Of a DNA stretch of 64,000 bases, positions 15,014-29,486 are shown piece after piece. Origin of the DNA: Anaeramoeba ignava BMAN (lineage: Eukaryota; Protista; Anaeramoebae); assembly GCA_028826165.1 (NCBI GenBank), contig JAPDFW010000063.1, positions 868,001-932,000 of the forward strand, in the 5' to 3' direction. Numbering within the stretch: position 1 is the stretch's first letter; every line of letters starts with the position of its first letter. The notes beneath the pieces were generated by a model. It did no database searches, was not told where the DNA came from, and saw only the letters and a program-made list of their open reading frames with translations. Position numbers and translations under genes: made by a program.

Positions 15014-18000
15014 TTACCATTCAAATCCTTTTTGATTTCTTGATTTCGCAATACTTTTCTTTTCTTCAGAAGTAAAATTCAAAACAGATGCAATAACACG
15101 TAATAGTCTATCTTGTTCTTGAGGTGTTTGAAAAAATTTAATAAAAATATTCTTCAAATATGTGGAATTTATTTGTTGATTTTGGGTGATCTTTCTTGCA
15201 CTTGAAGAAATAGTTCTTGAAGGATTTATTTTAGGATTTATTTTAGGATTTATTTTAGGATTTATTTTAGGATTTATTTTAGGATTTATTTTTAGGATTT
15301 ATATTTGTATTTGTTTTTGGATTTATTTTAGGATTTATATTTGTATTTGTTTTAGGATTTATTTTTGAATTTGTATTTGTATTTGTATTTGTATTTGTTT
15401 TAGGATTTGTTTTTGAATTTGAATTTGTATTTGTTTTAGGATTTGTTTTTGCTTTTGAATTTGTATTTGTTTTCGCTTTTGAATTTGTTTTTGCTTTTGA
15501 AATTGTTTTTGACTTTGTTCGATAAGATAATACTTTCTGCTTCAGTTCTTGATTTTGTATTTCAAGTTGTTGAATTCTTTTTTTTAATTGCTTCATTTCA
15601 ATTTTTTGATCAATTTCCTTTTCTTCTAAATCCGAATTTGCATTCATTAAATCTATGTTTTTTTCCTTGTTTGAAATTTCATTTTCTTGGTTATTATTCT
15701 GCATATTATTTTGTGATGTATTTGCAACTTCTGTGTTAATTGTGTTTATATTTTGATTATTATTATTTTTGTTTTCTACAATTTGAAATGAATTTTTTTC
15801 TTTTGATTTCAAGTGATTTTTTTCAAGAATATTTTTTAATTTTTCCTCATTTTTTTTTAATTCTTGAATTTCTTGATTGAGTTGGAAAATTGTTTGAAAA
15901 TTTTGTTCTTTTTCCTTTTCAAAAAATATTAGTTTTGATTTCATTTCTAAAAGTTGATTTTCAAGTTCTTTATAATCGTTTGTAATTTTTTGTAAATTTT
16001 GAGTTGATTCTTGTATTTCTTGCTTTTTGGCAAAAACTGATTTATCAATTTCTTCTTTTAAAGACTCAATTATTTGTGATTTATTCTCAAGTTCACTTTT
16101 GTTTTCTTCAGAAATTTGATCTTTTTCTTTTTCCAATTCTTCAATTCTTTTTTGTGATTCAATACTTTTGCTATTCAAATTTTCGTATTGTTGTTGAAGA
16201 TTCTGCAATTCTTGATCCCATGATGATTTTGTGTTTTCAAGCTCTTTTTGGTATGCAATTTGTTGTTCTTCCTTTTCATTTAATAATTGTTCGTTTCGAA
16301 TTTTTAGTTGTTCAAATGATTCTTGAATTTTTTGGTTTTTTTCGTTTACTTGCAATAGAACATTTTTGATATCTTGCTTTTGCTTTTTAAGTTTTGAGTT
16401 TCGATTGCGAATTTTTTCTAAGTTTTGTTTGTATTTTGAAAGTTGTTCAATTTCTGATTTAGATTGTGTTAATTCTTGAGAAATTTGAGAGTTTTGGATA
16501 TCTTTGTTGTTGATTGTTTTTTTCAAAATTTCTGATTGGGTGAGAATTTCTTGGTTCTGAGCTTTGATTTTTTCAAAAGAAGATTCGAGTTTTTCGTGTT
16601 CTTGGGCTAATTGTTTGTATTTTTGAACAGAATTGTTTTTCGATTTTTTATTTGCTTCTTTTATTTTTTGGATCTGATTCTTTAGTTTTTGGTTATCTTC
16701 TTGTAATGAACTATTTTGTAAATTTAATTTTTCGATGTTGGATTTTATAAGTTTGTTGTTGTCTTTTTCCTTTTTAGATTTGGTATTTAATTGATTGATT
16801 GATTCTTCTTTTTCTTGAATTTGTTTTTCATATTTATTAATTGTATTCACCATTTCTAATTTTGTTTTTTCGTATTCTTGGTGTTTATTAATTAATTCAT
16901 TTTCTTTTTCGTTTTGATTTTGTTCATTTTCTTGAATTTTAAGATTTAATTGATTAATTGATTCATCTTTTTCTTTAATTTGATTTTCATATTTATTAAT
17001 TAATTCATTTTGATTTTCATTTTCTTTAATTTTAATATTTAATTGATTAATTGTTTCATCATTTTCTTTAATTTTTTGTTCATGTTTATTAATTAATTCA
17101 TTTTGATTTTCATTTTCTTTAATTTTAAGATTTAATTGATTAATTAATTCATCTTTTTCTTTAATTTGATTTTCATATTTATTAATTAATTCATTTTGAT
17201 TTTCATTTTCTTTAATTTTAATATTTAATTGATTAATTATTTCATCTTTTTCTTTAATTTGATTTTCATATTTATTAATTAATTCATTTTGATTTTCATT
17301 TTGATTTTCATTTTGATTTTCATCTTCATTTTGATTTTCTTTTTGTTCATTTTCTTTAATTTTAATATTTAATTGATTAATTAATTCATCTTTTTCTTTA
17401 ATTTGATTTTCATATTTATTAATTAATTCATTTTGATTTTCATTTTGATTTTCATTTTGATTTTCATTTTGGTTTTGATTTTGTTCATTTTCTTTAATTT
17501 TAAGATTTAATTGATTAATTATTTCATCTTTTTCTTTAATTTGATTTTCATGTTTATTAATTAATTCATTTTGATTTTCATCTTCATTTTGATTTTCTTT
17601 TTGTTCATTTTCTTTAATTTTAAGATTTAATTGATTAATTATTTCATCTTTTTCTTTAATTTGATTTTCATGTTTATTAATTAATTCATTTTGATTTTCA
17701 TCTTCATTTTGATTTTCATTTTGTTCATTTTCTTGAATTTTAATATTTAATTGATTAATTAATTCATCTTTTTCTTTAATTTGATTTTCATATTTATTAA
17801 TTAATTCATTTTGATTTTCATTTTGTTCATTTTCTTTAATTTTAAGATTTAATTGATTAATTAATTCATCTTTTTCTTTAATTTGATTTTCATATTTATT
17901 AATTAATTCATTTTGATTTTCATTTTGATTTTCATTTTGTTTTTCATTTTGGTTTTGATTTTGTTCATTTTCTTTAATTTTAAGATTTAATTGATTAATT

Positions 18001-19814
18001 AATTCATCTTTTTCTTTAATTTGATTTTCATATTTATTAATTAATTCATTTTGATTTTCATTTTGATTTTCATCTTCATTTTGATTTTCTTTTTGTTCAT
18101 TTTCTTTAATTTTAAGATTTAATTGATTAATTATTTCATCTTTTTCTTTAATTTGTTGTTCATATTTATTAATTATTTCATTTTCTTTATTTTGATTTTC
18201 ATCTTGATTTTCATTTTGTTCATTTTCTTTTTGTTCATTTTCTTTTTGTTCATTTTCTTGAATTTTAATATTTAATTGATTAATTAATTCATCTTTTTCT
18301 TTAATTTGTTGTTCATATTTATTAATTAATTCATTTTGATTTTCATTTTGATTTTCATTTTTGATTTTGATTTTGGTTTTGATTTTGTTCATTTTCTTGA
18401 ATTTTAAGATTTAATTGATTAATTATTTCATCTTTTTCTTTAATTTGTTGTTCATGTTTATTAATTAATTCATTTTGATTTTCATCTTCATTTTGATTTT
18501 GATTTTGTTCTTTTTCTTGAATTTTAAGATTTAATTGATTAATTATTTCATCTTTTTCTTTAATTTGATTTTGATTTTGATTTTCATTTTGATTTTCATT
18601 TTGTTCATTTTCTTGAATTTTAAGATTTAATTGATTAATTATTTCATCTTTTTCTTTAATTTGTTGCTCATGTTTATTAATTAATTCATTTTGATTTTGA
18701 TTTTGATTTTGATTTTGATTTTCATTTTGATTTTCATTTTGATTTTCATTTTGATTTTGATTTTGATTTTGATTTTGATTTTGATTTTGGTTTTGTTCAT
18801 TTTCTTGAATTTTAATATTTAATTGATTAATTATTTCATCTTTTTCTTTAATTTGTTGTTCATATTTATTAATTAATTCATTTTGATTTTGATTTTGATT
18901 TTCATTTTGATTTTCATTTTGATTTTCATTTTGATTTTCATTTTCATTTTCATTTTGATTTTGATTTTGATTTTGATTTTGATTTTCATTTTGTTCATTT
19001 TCTTTAATTTTAAGATTTAATTGATTAATTATTTCATCTTTTTCTTTAATTTGATTTTCATATTTATTAATTAATTCATTTTGATTTTCATCTTCATTTT
19101 GATTTTCATTTTGTTCATTTTCTTGAATTTTAAGATTTAATTGATTAATTATTTCATCTTTTTCTTTAATTTGATTTTCATATTTATTAATTAATTCATT
19201 TTGATTTTCATCTTCATTTTGATTTTCATTTTGTTCATTTTCTTGAATTTTAAGATTTAATTGATTAATTATTTCATCTTTTTCTTTAATTTGTTTTTCA
19301 TATTTATTAATTAATTCATTTTGATTTTGATTTTGATTTTGATTTTCATTTTGTTCATTTTGGTTTTGTTTTTGATTTTCATTTTGTTCATTTTCTTGAA
19401 TTTTAATATTTAATTGATTAATTATTTCATCTTTTTCTTTAATTTGTTGCTCATGTTTATTAATTAATTCATTTTGATTTTGATTTTGATTTTGATTTTC
19501 TTGGATCTCTTTTTGATAATTTTGAATTTTAGTTGTTAATTCTTGTTTTTCATTTTGCAAAGTTTTTAGTTGCTTTTCTTTTTCATTGTCTTTTGATTCA
19601 TATTGTTTAATTTTCTCTAAATTAATAAAAATAATAAAAATAATAAATTAATTTTGATTTTGATTTTTATTTTGAATAAAAAAAATCAACCTTGAAAACC
19701 ATTAAGAGTTTTTTGGAGTTTAATAATTTTAATTGCTTGTTTAGTAACAGCTTTTTCAAGTTGTTCTCTTGTTAAATTTTCTGGTTTAAATCTTTGTTTT
19801 TGTCTTGTTGTCAT
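15014..19814 (-). CDS. GRIP-domain golgin, ~1,574 aa if two +1 indels (~18360, ~15290) are corrected; intron 19690-19617
   Basis: ATG at 19814. About 21 copies of a coiled-coil unit NELINKYE.QIKEKDE.INQLN.KI.ENE. After the second shift the frame reads INSTYLKNIFIKFF...QDRLLRVIASVLNFTSEEK...GFEW*, a typical GRIP signature missed by the ORF track. Confidence 0.85.
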
Positions 19815-20067
19815 AAAATTTATAAAAAAAAGAAAAAAAGAAAAGAAAAAAAATGAAATTTTTTAAAATTTAAAAATTTTTTTTTATTTAAAAAAATAAA
19901 AAATAATCCAATAAAAACAAAACATAAAAAAATTTTTTTTCATTAAAATCAACAAATTCATTTTTTTTTTCATTTTTATTGAAAAATTCTTTAAACAAAA
20001 AATTATCAAATTATCAAATTATAAAATTATAAAATTGAAATTATAAAGTATTAATAAAACGTTAAAA

Positions 20068-23000
20068 ATGAACCAAGAAGAAGCTGAAAGTTGGGGAATG
20101 CTTGCTTTATTTTTTTTATTAATTTTAAGTATTTTAATTAGCCATTTTTTTAAAAGAAAAAAAGTTCAATTTATACATCAAACTGGAATATCTATTGCAT
20201 TAGGAATTTTGGGAGGTTTTATTATAAAGTATGAAAAATTTAACATCGAAATTAAAATCTAAATTAAATTTAAAATCAAAATTTAAATCAAAATTAAAAT
20301 CAAAATCAAATTTAAAATCTAAATCAAAATTAAAATCTAAATTAAAATTTAAAATCAAAATTAAAATCAAAATTTAAAATCAAAATTTAAATTAAAATTT
20401 AAATTTAAAATCAAAATCAAAATCAAAATCAAAATTAAAATCAAAATTAAAATTAAAATCTAAATCAAAATTAAAATCTAAATTAAAATTTAAAATCAAA
20501 ATTTAAATCAAAATTAAAATCGAAATTAAAATCTAAATTAAAATTTAAATTAAAATTTAAATCAAAATTAAAATCAAAATCAAAATTAAAATTTAAATTA
20601 AAATTTAAATCAAAATTAAAATCAAAATTAAAATTAAAATTTAAATCAAAATTAAAATTTAAATCAAAATTAAAATCAAAATCAAATTTAAAATTAAAAT
20701 CAAAATTAAAATTAAAATTAAAATTTAAATCTAAATTAAATTTAAAATTAAAATTAAAATTAAAATCAAAATTAAAATCAAAATCAAAATCAAAATTAAA
20801 ATCAAAATCAAAATCAAAATCAAAATCAAAATCAAAATCAAAACAAATTAAAATATAAATCAAAATCAAAATCAAAATCAAAATCAATTTTAATTTTGTT
20901 TTAGATATGGTTTTCATATTGGGGAACGATTTCAATCTTTTTTCTCTTTTGATGAAGATATATTCATGTTATTTTTGCTTCCACAAATTATATTTGAAGT
21001 ATTTAAATTTAATATTGAATTGGAATCAAATTTAAATTGAAATTTTTTATAATAAAATAATAGAGTGGATACAATATGCAAAGAAGACATTTTTTTAGAA
21101 ATTTTGGATCAGTTATCCTATTTGCAATTTTAGGAACAATTATTTCAACATTTCTAATTGGAGGATTTCTTATTATTCTTTCAGATCATGGTGTAATTCT
21201 TAAACTCACACATATTGAATGTTTACTTTTTGGATCATTAATTTCAGCAACAGATCCAGTTTGTGTTCTTTCAATTTTCAAACATTTAGGAGTTGATGTG
21301 AATCTTTATTCAAATGTTTTTGGTGAAAGTGTTTTAAATGATGCAATATCGATTGTTTTATTTGAAACATTAACAAGATTTGAAGAAAACACAAGAATAT
21401 CAACAAAAGTAGTATTTCAATCATTAGGAATGTTTTTATTATCCCTTTAGTAGGATCATTTACAATAGGAACTTTATTTGGACTTTTTTCAGCATTAATA
21501 TTCAAACACACATTATTCCATATTCATCCAATGATGGAATCAGCACTTTTCTTTTCTTTGGCATGGTGTTCATACATGCTTTCTGCTGCTCTTGATTTAT
21601 CAGGAATTGCAGCTATTTTGTTTTGTGGAATTTTTATGGGACATTATACTATTCATAATATTGGAGAAAGAAGTCAAAAAATCACAAAAGAAGCAATTTA
21701 TTTAATTGCTTATCTTTCAGAAGCTTTTGTGTTTTTATATCTTGGATTAGCTGTTTTTTCTTTTAATGAATCCTATAATTTACCACTAATTGGATTTGCT
21801 ATTCTTGCATGTTTATTTTCACGAGCTTTGAATATTTATCCAATTTCAGCAATTGTTAATTTATGGAGAAAATATAACAAAATTTTCCAATCACATCAAT
21901 TTATGATTTGGTTTAGTGGATTAAGAGGTGCTGTTGCCTTTGCTTTGAGTATTCGTCTTAAAACAGAACATAGTAAATCTTTGATGACTACAACTTTAAT
22001 GGTTGTTGTTTTTACTGTTATATTTTTGGGAGGATTTACACCATTACTTGTGAAAAAATTGAAACTTGAAAATACAGTTATTGATAAATTCCCACATGGA
22101 CAAGGCCAAAAAGTATTTAATTCAATTAAAATTAAAATCTAAATTAAAATTAAAATTAAAATTAAATTTAAAATTAAAATCTAAAATTAAAATTAAAATC
22201 TAAATCAAAATCAATTTAAAAATCTAAATTAAAATTAAAATTAAAATTAAATTTAAAATTAAATTTAAAATTAAAATTAAAATTAAAATTAAAATTAAAT
22301 TTAAAATTAAAATTAAAATTAAAATTAAAATTAAAATTAAAATTAAAATTAAAATTAAAATTAAAATTAAAATTAAAATCAAAATCTAAATTAAAATTAA
22401 AATCAAAATTAAAATCAAAATTAAAATTAAAATTAAAATTAAAAATTAAAATTAAAATTAAAATTAAAATTAAAATCAAATTTAAAATTAAAATTAAAAT
22501 CTAAATCAAAATCAATTTAAAAATCTAAATTAAAATTAAAATCAAAATTAAATTTAAAATCGGATAAAATATTATTAAAATTAAATTTAAAATTAAAATT
22601 AAAATTAAAATTAAAATTAAAATTAAAATTAAATTTAAAATCAAAATTAAAATTAAAATCAAAATTAAAATCAAAATTAAATTTAAAATCGGATAAAATA
22701 TTAAAATTAAAATTAAAATTAAAATTAAAATTAAAATTAAAATTAAAATTAAAATTAAATTTAAAATTAAATTTAAAATCAAAATCAAAATCAAAATTAA
22801 AATCTAAATTAAAATAAATCAATTTAAAAATCAAAATCAAAATTAAAATCTAAATAAAAATTAAAATTATAAAAGGATTCTATTTCAGGTGAACCAATTG
22901 ATAGAGAATATACAAGACCAGTTAGAAGTAATCCATTTTTAAGAATGGATCGAAAATATTTTATTCCATTTTTTACAAAGAAAAAATATCATCAAAGCTT

Positions 23001-23562
23001 GAGATCACCAGGATTTGAAATGGAAAATTTATCAACAGATAAAACAAAAAAAAATTCCATAGAAAAAGATTATGTGAAAGTAACACATCGAAACAAAAGA
23101 ATAAACACTGAATCACAAGATATTTTATTAGAAAATGAAGATGTTAATGATCTCGATGAAGAAATTATGGATCAATGGAAAGAAATTCAAATTTCTAATA
23201 GTAAGAATCATAATAAGACCAGAAACAATAAAAATTCTTATCAAAAAATATTTGATGAAAATGATGATGATTTTGATAAAAATAATGATAATAAAGCCGA
23301 TAATTTTGATGACGATTTTGATAAAAATAATGAGAATCAAATTGTTGAAAATGATAGTGATTCCAATCAAAAAACTGACAAAAAAATTCGTAATGATCAA
23401 AGCCTTGAAAAAGATGAAAAATTTAATAAAGATTCAACAGATGAAAAATTTAATACTGATTTGGATTCTAATTTGGATTCTAATTTGGAACAAAATGAAA
23501 ATATTAATGAAAAAAAAGAGGAATTTTTAAATTTGGATGAAAAAAGTGAAAAAGATGTTTAA
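20068..23562 (+). CDS. Na+/H+ exchanger (CPA1, NHE/NHX intracellular type), copy 1. Exons 20068-20228, 20905-20998, 21064-22112, 22876-23562; 2-nt insertion (CCC vs C) at ~21443
   Basis: FLLPQIIFESGY, FGSLISATDPV, FGESVLNDA, WFSGLRGAVAFAL; GT-AG joins in frame. Confidence 0.9.
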
Positions 23563-24506
23563 TTTAATTTAATATTCATTTTCTAATTGATAAACCATTC
23601 TATATTTTTTTTTTTCATAATGAACTAAAATTGCTTATTTAAATGTAAATTAAAATTAAAATTAAAATTAAAATTAAAATTAAAATTAAAATTTTATTTT
23701 ATATTGGAAATTTAGGAAATGAAGTCCAATTCTAGAAATAACAAAAGTGAAAAAACAAAAGAGAATTTTTTTTTTTTAATTTTTATCCAAAAAATTTGAA
23801 TAAAAATAAAAAGAATTAAATTTAAAAAGAAAATGTTTTTTGTTTTTATTTCTTTTATTTATTATTGTTTTATTTTTGTGGAATTCTTTTAATTAAAAAT
23901 AAAATAGATCAATTAAAATAAAATAAAAGAAATAAGAATTTAAAAAGAATAGAAATAATTTTTATTTTTATTTTTATTTTTTTATTTTTTTGTTTTTGGG
24001 GAGTTTTTAATTATTTTTTAACCCCTTAAAATAAAAATAAAAATAAAAAATAAAAAAATTGATGAAGTGTTATTTTAAAAAAAAAATTAAAATTTTTAAA
24101 AAGGAAAATGAAAATAAAAAAAGAAATAAAATGGATAAAATAAATAAAACTGATCCTGGGGCGAATTGATAGTTATTTATATGGCAAATGAAATAAAAAA
24201 AATAAAAAAAAAATTTAAAAAAATAATTTAAAAGAAAAAGAGAAAAACTATTGATAATTTTTTTTTTGATGAATCATCAAAAAATCCATTCATCAGATCA
24301 TTTTGTTATTAATTTAATTTCTATTTTTCTTCTCTATTTTTTTATTTTCTTTTCTTCAATTAGTTTAAAAAATTTTTTAGTAAAAAACAAGTTAAAAATT
24401 AAAAATTAAAATTTAAAATAAAAATAAGGGAAATTAATTGAAAAAATTTTTTGGTTTTTGTTTTTGGTTTTAATTTAAATTTTTTGATTTAAAAAGTTAA
24501 ATTGAA

Positions 24507-27500
24507 ATGGATGAAAGCACACTTGAAAGTTTAGGATTACTTTTGTTATTTTTGTTATTGATATTAAGTATTTTGATAAGTCATTTCTTTAGAAGAAAGA
24601 GAGTTGAAATTATACATCAAACAGGCATTTCTATTGCTTTAGGTGTTTTGGCTAGTTTTATAATGAGGTATTTAAAAAAAATTTTTTTCTTTTTCTTTTT
24701 CTTTTTCTTTTTAATTTTGATCTTTTTGAATTTTTTGATTTATGGATTTTAATTGAATTTTTAATTATAAAAATTTTCTATTATATTTATTTATTGGAAG
24801 TATTCAAGTTTACCTTCTATTTGATTTAAATTAAAATTAATTTATAAAATTCAAATTAAAATTAAAATTAAAATTCATTTATAAAATTAAAATTAATTTA
24901 TAAAATTAAAATTAAAATTAAAATTAAAATTAAAATTAAAATTAAAATTAAAATTAAAATTAAAATTAATTTTGTATTAGATACATATTTAATGTTGGCT
25001 CAAAATTTACTTCCTTCTTTTCTTTTACTGAAGATACATTTATGTTATTTTTGCTTCCACAAATTATTTTTGAAGTATTGATCAAAACTCTTTGATTATT
25101 TCTCAAAACAAAAAACCAAATAATTCACCAATCCAAAAAAAAAACAATAAAACAAAATTAAATCTTCAAATAACAAATAACAATATTAAATATTAAATAT
25201 TAAATATCCAAATAACAATAATAAATATTAAATATCCAAATAACAATATTAAATATTAAATATTAAATATTAAATATCAAATATTAAATATTCAAATAAC
25301 AATATTAAATAATAAATAATAAATATTAAATATTAAATATTAAATAATAAATATCCAAATAACATCCAATATTAAATATCAAATATTAAATATTAAATAT
25401 TAAATATTAAATATTAAATATTAAATATCCAAATAACAATATTAAATATTAAATATTAAATATTAAATATTAAATATCCAAATAACAATATTAAATATTC
25501 AAATAACAATATCAAATATTAAATATCAAATATTAAATATTAAATATTAAATATCAAATAATATTAAATATCAAATAAAAATATTAAATATTCAAAATAA
25601 CAATATTAAATATTAAATATCCAAATAACAATATTAAATATTAAATATTAAATATCCAATATTCAAATAATAAATATTAAATATTAAATATTCAAATAAT
25701 AAATATTAAATATCAAATATCAAATATCAAATATCAAATATTAAATATCAAATATTAAATATTCAAATAACAATATTAAATATTAAATATTAAATATTCA
25801 AATAATAACATAAATAATAAATATTAAATATTAAATACCCAAATAACAATATTAAATATCAAATAAAAATATTAAATATCCAAATAACAATATTAAATAT
25901 TAAATATTAAATATTAAATAAATATTAAATAATAAATATTAAATATTAAATATCAAATATCAAATATTATCAAATATTAAATATTAAATATCAAATATCA
26001 AATATTAAATATTAAATATTAAATATCCAAATAACAATATCAAATATCAAATATTAAATATTAAATATTAAATAATAAATATCCAAATAATAAATATTGA
26101 ATATTAAATATCCAAATAATAATATTAAATATTAAATATTAAATATCCAAATAATAATATTAAATATTAAATATTAAATATCCAAATAATAATATTAAAT
26201 ATTAAATATTAAATATCCAAATAATAATATTAAATATTAAATATTAAATATTAAATATTAAATATTAAATATCAAATATTCAAATAACAATATTAAATAT
26301 TCAAATAACAATATTAAATATTCAAATAACAATATTAAATATTCAAATAACAATATTAAATATCAAATAACAATATTAAATATTAAATATTAAATATTAA
26401 ATATTAAATATTAAATATCAATATTAAATATCAAATATTAAATATCCAAATATTAATATCAAATATTAAATATTAAATATTGAATATTAAATATCCAAAT
26501 AATATTAAATATTAAATATCAATATTAAATATCAAATATTAAATATTAAATATTAAATAATAAATATTAAATATCCAAATAATAAATATTAAATATCCAA
26601 ATAATAAATATTAAATATTAAATATTAAATATTAAATATCCAAATAATATTAAATATTAAATATTAAATATTAAAATAACAAATATTAAATATCAAATAT
26701 TTAAATCAAATTGAAATTTTTTATAATAAAATAATAGAGTGGATACAATATGGAAAGAAGACATTTTTTTAGTAACTTTGGATCAATTATCCTATTTGCA
26801 ATTTTAGGAACAACAATATCAACATTCCTAGTTGGTGGATTTCTTATTATTCTTTCAGATCATGGTGTAATTCTTAAACTCACACATATTGAATGTTTAC
26901 TTTTTGGATCATTAGTTTCAGCAACAGATCCAGTTTGTGTTCTTTCAATTTTCAAACATTTAGGAGTTGATGTGAATCTTTATTCAAATGTTTTTGGTGA
27001 AAGTGTTTTAAATGATGCAATATCGATTGTTTTATTTGAAACATTAACAAAATTCGAAAAAAACACAACAATATCAGCAAAAGTAGTATTTCAATCATTA
27101 GGAATGTTTTTATTATCTTTAGTAGGATCATTTTTAATAGGAACTTTATTTGGACTTTTTTCAGCATTAATATTCAAACACACATTATTCCATATTCATC
27201 CAATGATGGAATCAGCACTTTTCTTTTCTTTGGCATGGTGTTCATACATGCTTTCTGCATTCCTTAATTTATCAGGAATTGCAGCTATTTTGTTTTGTGG
27301 AATTTTTATGGCTCACTACACTATTCATAATATTGGAGAAAGAAGTCAAAAAATCACAAAAGAAGCAATTTATTTAATTGCTTATCTTTCAGAATCAATT
27401 GTGTTTTTATATCTTGGATTAGCTGTTTTTTCTTTTAATGAATCCTATAATTTACCACTAATTGGATTTGCTATTCTTGCATGTTTATTTTCACGAGCTT

Positions 27501-29113
27501 TGAATATTTATCCAATTTCAGCAATTGTTAATTTATGGAGAAAATATAATAAAATTTTCCAATCACATCAATTTATGATTTGGTTTAGTGGATTAAGAGG
27601 TGCTGTTGCCTTTATTTTGAGTATTCGTATCGATACAGATAATGGGAAGGAATTGATGACTACAACTTTAATGGTTGTTGTTTTTACTGTTATATTTTTG
27701 GGAGGATTTACACCATTACTTGTGAAAAAATTGAAACTTGAAAGAGAATGTCCTGATACCTCTCATGGAGCAGAACACAATGTATTTATTTAATTCTAAA
27801 TTAAAATCAAAATCAAAATCAAAATCAAAATCAAAATCAAAATCAAAATCAAAATTAAAATCAAAATCAAAATTAAAATCAAAATCAAAATTAAAATCAA
27901 AATTAAAATCAATTTAAAAATTAAAATTTAAAATTAAAATCAAAATCAAAATCTAAATCTAAATCAAAATAAAAATCAAAATCAAAATCAAAATCTAAAA
28001 TCAAAATCAAAATCTAAATCTAAATCAAAATAAAAATCAAAATCAAAATCAAAATCAAAATCAAAATCAAAATCAAAATAAAAATCAAAATTAAAATCAA
28101 AATTAAAATCAAAATCAAAATAAAAATTAAAATTAAAATCAAAATTAAAATCAAAATCAAAATAAAAATCAAAATCAAAATCAAAATCTAAATCAAAATT
28201 AAAATCAAAATCAAAATCAAAATAAAAATCAAAATCAAAATCAAAATCAAAATCAAAATCAAAATCAAAATTAAAATCAAAATCTAAATTAAAATTAAAA
28301 TCAAAATCAAAAAAATCAAAAATCAAAATCAAAATTAAAATCAAAATCAAAATTAAAATCAAAATTAAAATCAAAATCAAAATCTAAATCAAATTAAAAA
28401 ATATAAAAGCATTCAACATCAGGTGGACAAATTGTAGATGATTGTTCAAGACCAATGAATAATCCATTCGTAAAACTAGATAAAAAGTATTTTATTCCAT
28501 TTTTTACAAAGAAAAAATACCAAGAGTATCTCAAATCACAAGAAATAGAAATGGAAGATTTACGAAAAACTAAATCAAAAAAAGATTTAGAAGAAGAAGT
28601 TGATTTTAAAGAAATTGAACAAACTAATAACTTGACAGTTGATTCACAAACAAATTTCTTACAAAATATCGGAATGTATTTGGGAGATCTAGATGAAATT
28701 GAACTTGAAAATCAAATTGAAAATCAATATCAAAAAGAAAAAGAAGATCAAAAAGAAAAAGAAGATCAAAAAGAAAATGAAAATGAAAATGAAAATGAAG
28801 ATGAAAATGAAGATGAAAATCACATTGGAATTCAAGATCAAATTCATAGTCATAGCCATAGTTATAATCAAGGATATTGGAAAGAAGTTGCTCCTCATTT
28901 TGATAGTAAAATTCCTTATTTATTATTTTTTTATTTTTATTTTTATTTTTATTTTTCTTTTTAAAAATAGTTGAAAATGTTAATCATTTAGAAGATATTG
29001 ATATTACAATTAGTTCAGATATGGAAACAATTATGGAAAATAATATCCAAAATGATGAAAATGCAGATGATATTTCTTCTTTTGATTTTGAAATAGAAGA
29101 TCAAGATAATTAA
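24507..29113 (+). CDS. Na+/H+ exchanger (CPA1, NHE/NHX), copy 2, intact. Exons 24507-24667, 24981-25074, 26738-27781, 28410-28905, 28971-29113
   Basis: Same motifs and first three intron positions as copy 1; all joins GT-AG and in frame. Confidence 0.92.
25180..26700. repeat. (AAATATT)n-based satellite in NHE copy 2 intron 2
   Basis: Heptamer repeat interspersed with CCAAATAACAATATT variants. Confidence 0.9.
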
Positions 29114-29486
29114 TTCCTCTTCTTTTTTTTTTTCCAATTTTTCCTTTTTTGCTTTTTTTTTGCTTATTTTTTTGTTACTCCTCAATTCGCATAGTTTGAT
29201 TTAAATTTAAACCTAAATGTAAAAATTCAAAAACAAAATTGGAAAATTTGGAAAAAAAAAAATTTTTTTTTTAAGTGAAGAATTTTGAAATCTTTTTTTT
29301 AATTCCTTTTTTTTAGTAATAAAATCCCTCTTTTTTTTTTTTTTTGAAAATGGAAATTAAAATTTGAAATTTTGATTAATTTTTTTTTTTGAAATTATTT
29401 TGAAAAAAAAAATTGAAATTAAATTTTGAAATTTGAGATTTGAAATCAAAAGAAAAAAGAGGAAAAAAAAAAAATTGATGAAGTTA

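Noticed and set aside
18352-18365. Euplotes-style AAA-stop +1 programmed frameshift in the golgin (CAA AAA TGA)
   Set aside because: It is one extra A in a CAAAAT repeat; the other frameshifts in the window share no such motif and have mixed signs.
24059-24153. Box C/D snoRNA (TGATGA ... CTGA about 95 nt apart)
   Set aside because: The interior is almost only A/T runs, with no plausible guide and no terminal stem.
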